DNA of 64,000 nucleotides from Octopus bimaculoides (GCF_001194135.2 NC_068981.1:93696350-93760349); one strand, 5' to 3'; positions 37,701 through 51,546 are shown, counted from the first letter of the stretch. Notes: generated by a model not told the origin, from the letters alone. Translations and numbers: made by a program.

Positions 37701-40417
37701 CATATAACCAATGTTGGACTATGCAAATAGTCTAGTTTATAAATATATATCGTTTTAAACTAGATATAATCAATTCCTCTTTAAAAAGGTGGGTAATTAC
37801 CTCCGCTGCTTCTAATAATAGCAATAACTGATTACCTTATCTAAAATTTATCTGCTTCCTAATTCACTTACAAATGAAATTGTAACATTATCACTAACTA
37901 CTATGAAGACACGTGGCTAAGTGGTTAGGATTTTTGCATTTTTAATATTTTTCACTACATTTCACGACATGGAATTTTTCAGCGAATATATATATATATA
38001 TATATATATATANNNNNNNNNNNNNNNNNNNNNNNNNNNNNNNNNNNNNNNNNNNNNNNNNNNNNNNNNNNNNNNNNNNNNNNNNNNNNNNNNNNNNNNN
38101 NNNNNNNNNNNNNNNNNNNNNNNNNNNNNNNNNNNNNNNNNNNNNNNNNNNNNNNNNNNNNNNNNNNNNNNNNNNNNNNNNNNNNNNNNNNNNNNNNNNN
38201 NNNNNNNNNNNNNNNNNNNNNNNNNNNNNNNNNNNNNNNNNNNNNNNNNNNNNNNNNNNNNNNNNNNNNNNNNNNNNNNNNNNNNNNNNNNNNNNNNNNN
38301 NNNNNNNNNNNNNNNNNNNNNNNNNNNNNNNNNNNNNNNNNNNNNNNNNNNNNNNNNNNNNNNNNNNNNNNNNNNNNNNNNNNNNNNNNNNNNNNNNNNN
38401 NNNNNNNNNNNNNNNNNNNNNNNNNNNNNNNNNNNNNNNNNNNNNNNNNNNNNNNNNNNNNNNNNNNNNNNNNNNNNNNNNNNNNNNNNNNNNNNNNNNN
38501 NNNNNNNNNNNNNNNNNNNNNNNNNNNNNNNNNNNNNNNNNNNNNNNNNNNNNNNNNNNNNNNNNNNNNNNNNNNNNNNNNNNNNNNNNNNNNNNNNNNN
38601 NNNNNNNNNNNNNNNNNNNNNNNNNNNNNNNNNNNNNNNNNNNNNNNNNNNNNNNNNNNNNNNNNNNNNNNNTATATATATATATATATATATATGTTGA
38701 ATGGAAGCGACTAGTAAATAATTTTAGATAAATGTAATCAGATGTGGATTTCGTCTTGAACAATTTCAAGTATGTGCTGAGAATGTGTACTTTTAAAATT
38801 TTAATTTATAGTCTATGAAGAACATCAAAACTTCGTTCGACATGGCATTGTTAAATATTGATGGAAGTCTGTACAGCTCATACATAATCGACTAAAATGA
38901 CTACTCGAAACTAGACGCTATGTGTAAACTGATTACAGATTGGCAACTTTTCATAAATTTTGCTATCTAATTCTTGAGATTTGATTAGTGATTTATGTTT
39001 TACGTCTACGGTTTTGTTGGAATCTTGTTTGATTTTTTTCTTCTTTTTCTGACGTCAATAGAACTTTCTATATGAATGTATATGCAGGTGTCTGTATGTA
39101 CGTATTTATTTGCTTATTTCAAACACATTCAGGTTGACAGCCTCGTTATGAAGTAACTAGAAATATCAAGTGTAATATAAATGAGAGGCGTGTAAAAACT
39201 GCAGAAAGGGAGAAAGAAAGCTGCAGAAAGAGAGAGAGCAGACACTTAAATAAATAAATGTATAAGCATAATTACTTGCGTGTGTACATGCAATATTACA
39301 TGTGTGCATATGCGTATTTGATGGAGTTTCAGTGACTTTCTAAAATGTTGCAGTTGTCCTTTTATGTATGTGTACATAAGAAAATACTGTTATCATTACT
39401 TGTGCATATAGAATTATATGCATATAAATTTATGCATGCATATATGAATGTATGCATGTATAAGAATATGAGTGCCTGTGTGTGTATGCATGTATGTTTG
39501 TATGTGTGTACGTATGTTCTATGTATGTACGTATGTACGTATATGAATGCATATAGACGTATCCGTGCCTTCTTCATGTAAAAATTCCAATATATGTTCG
39601 AATATTTTATTACTTAGAATAAACCATTTTTGTTGGGTTCATTCAGTATAAAACGCTGACAGGCATCCACATGGTATACGTTTTCTTATGTAGGAACAAC
39701 ATATTTGAACATTCCCTTTCAACAATGTTACTTATAATTCCTTTCTACTACTATTTGTTTCATGCACTCGCAGTCAAAGGATGCAATGACTTGACTGAAC
39801 ACTTTATGCTAACGACATCAACATGCAAAAAACTTCATTGTATTCCTAGAAATTTACAAGAAGTTTTGAAGAAAATTTATTTCATCAAAATTCGATTTCC
39901 GATTTTAAGCTTTGCCTTTTTTTTTTTCATTACTTAATGAGTAATTTTTATATTTTATTTTAATTTCGTTTGTATAGATTCTATACTTTATAAGATAATT
40001 TTCTCGTTTTCCGGTTGGTGTGTTTATTTATAAAGGGTTTTATCGATAACATCATTAAATCGAATAATTTTTTCTAGTTTCATAGTAGTGGTTTAACAAT
40101 TTAAGATTTTCGTTTTATATGCTATTTTCTGCATAAGAATATTAATTGCAATTAGCTGCACGGCTCAATGCTCTGTGTGCAGGAGAGTGAATTTGTGACG
40201 AAACACTTTCATGATCCACTCGTTTTGCAATCATTACACTCTTCATTATAGCTGTTTTATTTAACTAAACATGCTTCATAAAAAGTTATATCTTGCTTCA
40301 AATAATATATATATACATTAATATATATATACATATATATATATACATTTGCAAACACACACGTACACACACAACATACAACAGATATATGTTCATACGT
40401 ACACATGTGTGTGTGTG

Positions 40418-40429
<12 letters not shown>

Positions 40430-40469
<40 letters not shown>

Positions 40470-40660
40470 GAATATAGAGAGGGGGTGCAGAGAGAGGGGG
40501 TGTAGAGAGAGGGAGAGAGGGAGAGAGGGTTAGAGAGAGAGCGGGGATGTAGAGAGAGAGCGGGGGTGTAGAGAGAGAGAGCAGGGGTGTAGAGAGAGAG
40601 CGGGGGTGTAGAGAGAGAGCGGAGGTGTAGAGAGAGAGCGGGGTGTAGAGAGAGAGGGGA
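40430..40660. repeat. (AG)n microsatellite grading into a minisatellite of about 22 bp (gagcgggggtgtagagagagag)
   Basis: Seen directly. Confidence 0.9.
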
Positions 40661-41139
40661 AAGGAGGGTAACAAAGATTTAACCAATTTGTAACGGTTCT
40701 AAAAATAAAGAACAATTTTTAGAGTTGGGGATTAGGGTCACAAATATATCTAATTTTCATGCTTATGTAGAAAATCTGGCCTTTGGTAGCAGGTTAGGTA
40801 GCAATACCAGTGTGTTTCGGTATGATTAAACATCATCAAAGGATACTCTTCTGATGCCTCCTTGTTCAGTAAATAAAAAAAAGAGTTTCGGAATGTGTTG
40901 GTCAGTAATAATAATATTATTATTCAGTAATAATAATATTATTCTAAAACGTGTTTTAATGAAAATTTAGATAATCGGGTAGGGGATGAGGAACTAAATG
41001 GCGTACGTAAACATTCTTAGTGAACCGAAAGAAATTTGACTCTAATTTTGAAAGAGAGGAAACAAAACCTAAATAGTAATTGTTAGTGTCTTTCGAAGAG
41101 GGTATGTTTCTAGGACCAGTGGGATATATAACTATTTAT

Positions 41140-41238
41140 GTACGTGTGTGTGTGTGTGTGTCTGTGTGTGTCTGTGTGTCTGTGTCTGTGTGTGTCTGTC
41201 TGTGTGTGTGTCTGTGTGTGACTGTGTGTGTCTGTGTC

Positions 41239-41269
<31 letters not shown>

Positions 41270-41666
41270 CTGTGTGTCTGTGTGTGTCTGTTTGTGTGTG
41301 TGTTTGTGTGTGACTGTGTGTGTGTGTGTGTGTGTCTGTGTCTGTGTGTGTCTGTCTGTGTGTGTGTCTGTGTGTGACTGTGTGTGTCTGTGTCTGTGTT
41401 TGTGTGNNNNNNNNNNNNNNNNNNNNNNNNNNNNNNNNNNNNNNNNNNNNNNNNNNNNNNNNNNNNNNNNNNNNNNNNNNNNNNNNNNNNNNNNNNNNNN
41501 NNNNNNNNNNNNNNNNNNNNNNNNNNNNNNNNNNNNNNNNNNNNNNNNNNNNNNNNNNNNNNNNNNNNNNNNNNNNNNNNNNNNNNNNNNNNNNNNNNNN
41601 NNNNNNNNNNNNNNNNNNNNNNNNNNNNNNNNNNNNNNNNNNNNNNNNNNNNNNNNNNNNNNNNNN

Positions 41667-41728
<62 letters not shown>

Positions 41729-41740
41729 TGTGTGTGTGTG
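41140..41740. repeat. Interrupted (GT)n tract with a higher-order block duplication, spanning a gap
   Basis: A block of about 75 bp containing gtgactgtgtgtgtctgtgtctgtgtttgtg occurs near 41170-41250 and 41330-41406. Confidence 0.85.
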
Positions 41741-42200
41741 TACACGAGACGCATTTCATAATATATGAAACTTTTTCAGGAGAGATATTTATTATTTTCA
41801 AAGAAGTACAAAACTCTCATCTCCTTCAGAGTTGGATCGTATGATTTCAATGCACTTGTTGCATTATTCCCACCACTTCAAGGCCTCATGGAAGTCCTTC
41901 AAAGCGAAGGGATTTAGGACTCTTGTCACAGCCTCCGTCTTTTCAAAACATCTGTCCTTAAAGTTCTCTTTCAGCTTAGGGCACAACCAAAATTCACAGG
42001 GTGCAACGACTGGACTGTAGAGAGTGTGAGAGGCGGTTCTAATCCCCATCGCTGTCAAGTTCTTGGCTATCAAGAAGGAATTGTGACTGGCAGCTTTTAG
42101 CAGGCTGTGATAAGCAGTGTTTAATAGGGGGTGTTCAAAGTGCTCTTACAGCTATCTCCATCGATCTGGGATAAAATGGTCGGCAGGTCAGCTTATTAGG
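41741..42200 (-). mobile_element. Mariner-like transposase 3' fragment with TIR
   Basis: Minus strand HTLYSPVVAPCEFWLCPKLKENFKDRCFE resembles the mariner HPPYSPDLAPCDFWLFPKLK motif. TIR-like cacgagacgcatttcataat at 41743. Confidence 0.8.
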
Positions 42201-42290
42201 TGTATAGTATTGATATACTAGAGTTAAAATAATCTAAGACAGTTAAACAGCCTATCTTTAAAATGTCTCAAATGTTTTAGGATGCCCCTT

Positions 42291-42337
<47 letters not shown>

Positions 42338-42369
42338 GTATATANNNNNNNNNNNNNNNNNNNNNNNNN

Positions 42370-42403
<34 letters not shown>

Positions 42404-42450
42404 GTATGTATTATGTGTATGTGTGTGTATTTATATATATATATATATAT

Positions 42451-43618
42451 TATCTTTTATCTTTTACTTGTTTCAGTCATTAGACTTCGGCCATGCTGGG
42501 GCACCGCCTTGAATTTTTAGTCAAATGAATCAACTTCGGCACTTATTCTATCGGTATCTTTTGCCGAACCGCTCAGTTACGGGGAGGTAAACACACCAAC
42601 ACAGGTTGTCAAGCGATAACGGGAGTACAAACGCAAACTCAAAGACACACACATAGTTATATGTACATATATATAGCTCCTGTGGAGAGCTCTTCATTAG
42701 GCCTTGGGCTCAACAATGACACACTTGATTACATATTAAATTTTATTAAATTTGAACAATATTTTTCAAGCAATGAATGATTTTCTTCAGAACTGATATA
42801 ATTTGTTGACTTGGAACTTATTGCAAAGCTGCATGATAAACTACAGTACCACCATCGCCACCGCATCTACCATATACACACCATTCAGACTTCTGACGCC
42901 ACCACCATCAATACCCTTGACCTCGCCACCTTCCCCTCCACCACCATCACCACTCTCTTTCATATCGCTTACTCTCACCGTCATCCCTGATCGCCTCGGC
43001 TACCGCCACCATCATCGTCACCGCCGTCTCCGCCTCTAACACAACTACAGCTCAAACTATTACTATCATCCCATTACCATCAGTGTTCAGTATGTTAGTA
43101 TGTTGGTTCAGTGTTCAGTTCTCTCACACACCCACTCTTTCTCTCTCTCTTATCATTACTCCCACTGCCACCATCAACACTACTACTTTTGATAAAACAT
43201 CATCAACTCTCCCTAAATTTCTTTCTCTCTCTTTCTCTCCCTCCCTTTTTCTTTCTTTCTCTCTCTTTCTCTCCCTCCCTTTTTCTTTCTTTATCTCTCT
43301 CTCTCTCTCTCTCACTCTCTCTCTCTCTCACTCTCTCTCTGTCTTTGCCACCACCCTCGCCGTCTTTATACCTACTATTACTCTTACCCCAGCACGAGGA
43401 ATAGTAGAAGTGTCATTGAATAGTGAGATAGCAGGGTCAAAGTGAGGCACACTGACACACAGAAATTCGATATATACGAAAGGCTTCTTTCAGTTTCCGT
43501 CTACCAAATCCACTCACTAGGATTTGGTCGGCCTGAGGCTATAGTAAAAGACACTAAGGTGCTGCGCAGTATGACTGAACTCGGAACCATGTGGTTGAGA
43601 AGCAATACACGCGCACAT
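42451..43618 (-). mobile_element. SINE family F split by an insert of about 800 bp containing family G
   Basis: F 3' half at 42451-42655 and F 5' half at 43470-43618, collinear on the minus strand. G at 43100-43440. Confidence 0.65.
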
Positions 43619-45324
43619 TTTGTAATAGAATTATGTTATTTATTATAACCATAGATTTATTGCTGGGCCAATCCACATTTATTGAACCAGGTTGTGAAGA
43701 ATGAATGAGAGTATAACTCAAAATCACGGATGTCAAGAAGAGTGAACAACATCGATTTACTTATGCACTTATATATAAATAATAAGTACAGTATATAAAA
43801 GGGAGTAATCATGCAGGGGCTGTAGTATTGATTGACTTTCTTGTAGAGAGTCAAGACTACGTTTGTGCTGATACCAAATACCCTGGCTGTTTCCCTGCAG
43901 TACGCATACTCTAGAATAAAGGAAAACATTTTTGTGCCACTTATTGAATACACACCAAACTTTTCTTTGTGGAGTTCAAAGATGTATACTAATATCCCTC
44001 ACGTTCAAGTTAAGGGTCTTGGTGCCCCTTTCTCTACCCTGCAGTTGGCATATACATCCCACCATGCAGTGTAATAAGCTGCATTTTCTAATACGCACCC
44101 GCCATTTTGTAAGAGAGAAAGATCTGAGGCGATCAATATGAACGCATATGTGACTTACGTGATATATGTGCATATTCGAAGAATTATTCTGTAAGTGATA
44201 TAGGAACATTTATTTCCATGGATTTCCATATATTTTCCTTGCTTCAGAACTGCACACAGTACCAAAATATATTTTCAGGAAGAAACTGTTCATTTCTTTT
44301 CCTTTTTTATTTCCTGAACCAACCTAAGCTTGGTGCATCGTCTGATTTCTTAGTCTGGCTTGTAAAATTTTGCACGTCTTTTAGTTTCCAGCTTGATGGT
44401 GGTATGTTGACCAATTCTCTTTTTATTACAGTATCAGACTTCATGTAAAAGATTTTACTACAAATAGTACCAGAATGAAGGCTTTGCTTGATTTCAGCGC
44501 TACAGACTACTCGTTCATACGGTGCGTATTAGAAATGATGTAAGGATTCAGAGTGCAAAAGATTATAATAACAAGAATTTATTTCTATTTTTTCTTTCTT
44601 CCCCAAAGTATTTGCTACAAATGTACACACTTCAACAAAGTATAACATTTCTTCAAATAAATATCTACGCCATGATAAAGCAAAATGACCGAATGCATGA
44701 TATACTTTAACTATCTAATTATGATTCCTAAGTTCAAATACGCTGGAGATCAATTTCTTCACTTAAATTAGCTATCTCAAACAGTAATCATAAAGTCGTT
44801 GAATACTAACTACTATATACCAGCGTCTTCTCCAAGACTAATGCGTCTTTCACCTACTTCACGATTATGAAAACCAAGCACTGTCGTTCAATTAGCCAAA
44901 CGAAAATCAGAAAATATTTATTTCATGTACGGAGTTTACAAATCTCTTGGTGAAAAAACACATCGTCGGCACCGGATAGAGTTGAAATTAAGATGTAAAG
45001 AGAAGGAGATAAATGTACCTAATTTTATGGGCTTCGCTTTTTCTACCAACTTGCTGATATTAACACTATTAATGGTATTTCTTTATGGGTCGTAACAAAA
45101 TGATCGCATGTTATTAGAGTTGAGGTTCTGTAAAAAATTATACTGCAAGCAGTACAAGAAAGCTCATAGTATACTAAATGAAAAGCAAATGCATAATATC
45201 TAAGCAAAGTGATTTACAAATTCATGGAAGTTTGGATTGTATTGTCGCTATTACAATGGGGATATGAAAGGAGAGAATAACTACACCTGCTAAATCACCA
45301 GGCGATTATGTGTATGCGTTGTGC

Positions 45325-45368
<44 letters not shown>

Positions 45369-46350
45369 GTGTATGAAGTAAGAATATAAACGTATTTTCT
45401 ATGCATCTGATACGCAGGAAAAAGAGAGTCTGCTGGTGGAAGTCTTATGCACAACACGGCGTGAATCAAAAGAAATTAAATAAATTTAAATATTGCGAAA
45501 CCTTTCTGAAAGATTAGTTAATGACGGGTCGTCAAAAGAACAAAGATGCAAATTAAATTATCCACTTTGGTGCCAGCTTAAATATGACTGTTTTATATTA
45601 TAGCTTAATGATAGAAGGAAGCCGGGTACGTCTTCTCTGAGAGGCGGTTAACAAACTATAAAGCGGTCCGTCAAGAGACTCCCTCACTTTTTTTCCATAC
45701 AGTGAAAGCATAGCATGGCTGGTATTATATTCCTATTTCACTTACATCGAGTACCTGAAATATTTAAATTTCTTCCATTTGTATAATATGTGTGTAAATG
45801 TGTGTGCATGGAGATTAACTGACAGACATATATATATATATAAAGAGAAAGAGAGACAGATAGAGTGAAGGAAAGAGAGACAGATAGAGAGAAGGAAAGA
45901 GAGAGAGAGAGAACTAAGGATGAAGCGAGACAGAGGAAGATAGGTATCTGCACGGATAGCAACGACAATGAATGTGTGGAATGATTCATAGCTTAAGTGT
46001 GAAGAGCAGTTGTGCCAATATTAGACAGACATATTAAAATCAGATTCTCTGCAACAGGAGACATAGTGGTGACAAGTAGTATACAATGCTCTAAATACGT
46101 TTCTTGTGAGTGAGAGTAGTTTATATGTGAGAGTTGAAAGAAGGTAGAGTAAATGCGACTCCTACAATGGTTTCGACAATCATATCTACATAAATTAGTG
46201 CAAAAACAAAAAAAGAAACGTTAAAATAAAGATAAATTCACGACGAAAATTGGTTTAGAAAAATTTCCTCTGTGTACGTGTGCATACATATAAACACAAA
46301 CAGAACACACACATATATACACACACACACCTACACACACACACACACAC

Positions 46351-46422
<72 letters not shown>

Positions 46423-46462
46423 GTCTATACATACTTACTTACATACATACATAAGTACATCC

Positions 46463-46493
<31 letters not shown>

Positions 46494-47114
46494 CATACAT
46501 ACATACATACATACACACATGTGTGTGATATGTTATATAGACGACATCACTGGCCTCGAGTTAAACATTTTTATTAATGATTTCTCATCTGTTGACCAAC
46601 AAAAACCTATTACAGCACATTGTAATACAGAACACGGGAGAGAAAAGAAACAGATAGAAAAGCATTATTGAATAGCAATGTTGTTATATATAGCTTTCCA
46701 CTCTAAAAGAAAAACTAGAAATTGTAGAGCTTAATGAATAGAAAAATATAAACCTAAAATCAACACATATATACAGCATATGTAGAATAAAGAAGAACCA
46801 AGAGTTAACCGTTAAAAAATGCATTAAATCTTGTGATATTGATCATTCCCATAATCCTCTAGTATCTACAACAAAATACCACAACTGCCTTCTACTATCA
46901 TCACTTCATTTACAAGGTGGAGTCAAGATGGTTTTGAAATGTTAATGGACTTAGCAACCTTAGTGTTGCGAACTAAATGTATTGGACGAATAAGGAAATA
47001 TGAAAGAAATGACCACACATCTTCAATGTGGAATTTTTGAAAGGAATATTCCTCATACTTACAAATAATTAAGAGAGAGGAAGAGACAAAGAGATATAGG
47101 GAGAGAGAGACAGC

Positions 47115-47159
<45 letters not shown>

Positions 47160-48194
47160 TACACAGACACACATTGATGTTAAATTCCACACAATATATA
47201 TATATATATATATATATANNNNNNNNNNNNNNNNNNNNNNNNNNNNNNNNNNNNNNNNNNNNNNNNNNNNNNNNNNNNNNNNNNNNNNNNNNNNNNNNNN
47301 NNNNNNNNNNNNNNNNNNNNNNNNNNNNNNNNNNNNNNNNNNNNNNNNNNNNNNNNNNNNNNNNNNNNNNNNNNNNNNNNNNNNNNNNNNNNNNNNNNNN
47401 NNNNNNNNNNNNNNNNNNNNNNNNNNNNNNNNNNNNNNNNNNNNNNNNNNNNNNNNNNNNNNNNNNNNNNNNNNNNNNNNNNNNNNNNNNNNNNNNNNNN
47501 NNNNNNNNNNNNNNNNNNNNNNNNNNNNNNNNNNNNNNNNNNNNNNNNNNNNNNNNNNNNNNNNNNNNNNNNNNNNNNNNNNNNNNNNNNNNNNNNNNNN
47601 NNNNNNNNNNNNNNNNNNNNNNNNNNNNNNNNNNNNNNNNNNNNNNNNNNNNNNNNNNNNNNNNNNNNNNNNNNNNNNNNNNNNNNNNNNNNNNNNNNNN
47701 NNNNNNNNNNNNNNNNNNNNNNNNNNNNNNNNNNNNNNNNNNNNNNNNNNNNNNNNNNNNNNNNNNNNNNNNNNNNNNNNNNNNNNNNNNNNNNNNNNNN
47801 NNNNNNNNNNNNNNNNNNNNNNNNNNNNNNNNNNNNNNNNNNNNNNNNNNNNNNNNNNNNNNNNNNNNNNNNNNNNNNNNNNNNNNNNNNNNNNNNNNNN
47901 NNNNNNNNNNNNNNNNNNNNNNNNNNNNNNNNNNNNNNNNNNNNNNNNNNNNNNNNTGTGCCAAAATTTGAAATCAATATTAATAAGAGTTACTTTCAGA
48001 AAAAAAAAAACAAGTTGAGATGAATAAATCGTTAGAAATATATACTTATTCATAAATTTCATGATTTGGGACAAACTGTGGTGCTTCGTTTTATGAATTT
48101 TACCAGTTTTAGTGTTATATGTGAGTGAAACATTCTGAAGATTTTCTCTCGTCAATATATATATATATATATATATATATATCGTTTTTTAAAA

Positions 48195-48281
48195 CTCTGT
48201 AAAAGAACTCGGAGAGTTGGCCGTCCAACCAGGCCTTTCGCGACACCCTTAAAGCCAGGAACTTTTCAGCACCTCCTCGTA
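48195..48281 (-). mobile_element. Mariner-type TIR end fragment
   Basis: Reverse complement reads TACGAGGAGGTGCTGAAAAGTTCCTGGCT..., starting at TA. Confidence 0.65.
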
Positions 48282-48836
48282 TATATTTCTCGTTAAACAT
48301 CTCAATGAAAAATTATAAATTACTCTGAATAAGATACAAGAAATAAAAGGACAAGTATTTGATACACATATACAGCTAAGTTCCTAATTTACACTAAATC
48401 GAAATTGTTAGCGAACACTGTGTCTATGTCAATCTTAGTTAATTGTAAACAGCTGTCTTTCTCTTCAGCAGAAAATGATAGATTTCTCCAACCAGTATCG
48501 GTCCCTTTGGGCATCTTATCAAGAGCAAGGCACCCGTTTTAACAGTCCAATACGATAATGTATATGAAACCGCTAAATTGGAAATTCCGATTTATATAAA
48601 TAGTGCATTGCTAGCAGCTAATTTCATTAATAAATTACTGACGTATTAAACAGTCTGTGGTCTCACTACAACGTACATTAGAATAAATATTGCTTTCGCC
48701 AGTTTTGTGTGTATTGAATAAACTTAATGCACAGAACATTTATAAACAACTTTTGTAAATTACGAAATAGATTTTTGTAATGCCTTATACATACACATAC
48801 ACACACACATACATATACATACATATATATACATGC

Positions 48837-48896
<60 letters not shown>

Positions 48897-49139
48897 ATGT
48901 GTGGGTGTGCGTGTGTGTGTATACATCATTTCTGTATGTGTGTGTGCGCGTGCATGTGTGTGTGCGCGTGCATGTGTGTGTTTGTGTGTGTATGTGCGTA
49001 TGTGTGTGTGTATGTGTACGCACACACGTTTATGTGTGTATGCATGTGTACGATTTGGACAGAAATATCCATTAAAGTGTGCCTGTTGGTTATTTACTTC
49101 TCTAACTCTATATCTATCAAGGGAAATAGCGAGAAGGGG

Positions 49140-49143
49140 AAAA

Positions 49144-49223
<80 letters not shown>

Positions 49224-49226
49224 AAC
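49140..49226. repeat. (AAAG)n microsatellite
   Basis: Seen directly. Confidence 0.95.
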
Positions 49227-49599
49227 TTTGATAAGATTAATACCCCCATGAGTTCCAGAAGGTCAAAGTTCTTGGGAAATTTTAGCGGAGCGATTAAATC
49301 AGAAGCTGGTTGTTCGACACAATATGAGTGATGAAGCGACGAGTGGGTTGGGAATGCCTAAATGTGTATGGCATAAGTTCATCCAGTTCCGAGATACAGA
49401 TAATATAAAGAATAGTAGCAGAAAAGCAAGCGGTGTGGAGGCGATCAAATGTACCCGTAGGTCAGATGATAGACAGTGTCTGTGAGTAACTTCATGCAAG
49501 TAGACGAGTAACTCTTTTCTGCATGGGTTCTAAGATCTTGTGCCAGCAGAAACAGCTCCATCCCAAGTGTATGAGTACTGTGGGCCTCACCTGAGCCTT

Positions 49600-49763
49600 T
49601 GTTGTGTCGACGCCCCCAAGAGAAGAAATAGGATCGTCCAAGACATATAAATAGAGGTAGTCTAGCCGTGGTAAAGAGTTGAGTAGCGTTTGAGTAGCAG
49701 TCGTGTAGCGGTTGAGTAGAGATCATCCGAAGGTGCTAGATAGCAGTTTCTTGAGACATAACA
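49600..49763 (+). mobile_element. 164-bp solo LTR with near-perfect 5-bp TSD (GCCTT/GACTT)
   Basis: TGTTGTGTCGACG...CATAACA. Same subfamily as 22818-22980. Confidence 0.8.
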
Positions 49764-49839
49764 GACTTTTAGACTTTTAATAATTGTTGGGGTCTGAAAT
49801 ATCTTCTGACACTGAAGAGGAAGGCCTTTCATTGGGATA

Positions 49840-50650
49840 CGATCGACCCTAACCAGGTTAAGGATGTGTTTTTGCCAGGAGAGATCCTCGTTGATAGTAA
49901 AGCCCAGTATTAGGGTCTAATCGCATGCTGCTGATTTTTCAGTCGGATCTGTTGTATTTGTGTTTTTTTTTCTTTCTTTTTGCTGTTGAAAGAGACAAAA
50001 TTGGAATATTCCTTCCCCATTAGAAGATGTTCTGGGTCTTTCTTTAGGAAATTGGTCCGTGTTTGGTGTCTCGTATTTTGGTTTTGTATGTATAATGCTT
50101 GATTGGAAAAGGCTAGAGAAGAACGAAAAGCAGTGCCATCGGCATAAGGATAGACTTGTTGGGTGTGACAAGAGAGTGAGGATCAAAACCAAATTATGGA
50201 ACATGCCAAAGTTCAAACCATTCAGGCAAAGCAGTTTCATCAAGACACACTGTGATCGTGCGAAGCGATAGTGAGCGGCCGATCCAAAAGATGGGAGACG
50301 GGTGGATCCTATACGCAATCAGTTTCGATAGGTAATTTACCAGTTACAAACGGTCAAAAGCTTTGCTGATGCTGAAGGCAACAACATTGCTTTCACCAAA
50401 TTTCTCAAAGGCGAATCTTACTGAGGAGTGACATAAATATACAAACACAATAGTAGGTAACGGATGGTGAGTAGGCAAAGAGACAAATAAGATTCATTTA
50501 GTGTTAAATGAAGGCCGACAATCCTTAGAGGAGGAAATGCGAGTGACAGGGTATCTAATTAAACTTGTAAAAGATGGTTGAAAAGGGTAACTGTTGTGTA
50601 TCTAATATAAGTTGACTTGTTTGTTTTAGCTGTGTTGTATGTAAATATGT
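49840..50650 (-). mobile_element. Decayed CR1/L2-superclade-like LINE fragment (RT, possibly an endonuclease remnant)
   Basis: Minus strand reads KFGESNVVAFSISKAFDRL, LSKLIAY...FWIG...RTITVCLD, YADGT (decayed YADD), FVSFNSKK and ILGFTINEDLSWQKHI. Confidence 0.75.
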
Positions 50651-51335
50651 GCGTGTATTTGCTGGTGAATTTGTAAATGCGTGTTAAAATTGGTGTATAT
50701 GTTTGTTGAATAGAAATATATATTGTATAGAGGAGGTAATTTAAGAGCACAATCAAATAAAGTTTAAATTTATAATTTTTCTCGAAAAACATTAAATTCT
50801 TCATAAATCTAATATTTATGTGCCAATTTATACTATATATTATGTTCGATGAATTTAAGTACCATTATACATCTTACATGTGTCTATTTATATTTATGTA
50901 TATGCTTCTGTGTGTAAAGCGAAAGTGTATTAAGTGATTTATTTGTGGAACTTTCAGATCTCACAAAGCATCGACAAAAATGTTTAAAATAATTTAAAGT
51001 AACTTGCAGATATTCTAGTAAACTTTTTAATACTAATGTTTTTGACAGTATAAAATTAATTGCAGATACGTATACCCATGAATATTATACGAAATAAAAT
51101 TAGGAGTAGAATTTTAAAACTATATGAAATCTTAAGTATAATGTCCATCGTAAATATAAGCCCGTTAACTATATAAGCATGGACGAATTCAGAGTTATAA
51201 TCGTATACATATTTACCTGCCCAGTTGAATGCACTATGTATTTCTGTTTAATGTAGATAAATATATATAGTAGCACAATTTGTAAACATTTATAACTTGA
51301 GATACATTAAGTTATTCAATATACAGGATATTATA

Positions 51336-51546
51336 AGGCGGCGAGCAGGAAGAATCGTTAGCACGCCAGGCCTAATGCTTAGCGGCGTTTCTTTTAACTT
51401 TAAGTTCTGAATTCAAATTCCGTCAAGGCTGGTTTGCCTTTCCTCTTTTCGGCATCGATAAAATAAGTACCAATCGAGCGCTAGGGTCGATGTAATTGAC
51501 TTACCCGTTCCCCCGAAATTGCTGTCCTTGTGCCAAAATTTGAAAA
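51336..51546 (+). mobile_element. Full-length SINE family A with 17-bp TSD
   Basis: CAATATACAGGATATTA (51317-51333) and CAATATACAAGGTATTA (51547-51563), 15/17 identical. Confidence 0.9.

Noticed and set aside
43620-43955. Possible LTR with TATATAAAAGG and AATAAA
   Set aside because: No matching TSD and no second copy found.
45746-45754. 9-nt minus-strand micro-exon (cag|GTACTCGAT|gtaagt)
   Set aside because: Weak pyrimidine tract; a pattern this short is expected by chance.
49308-49480. Possible additional LTR-like segment (TGTTCGAC...TATAAAG...GACA)
   Set aside because: Flanks do not form a TSD, and similarity to the other LTRs is weak.
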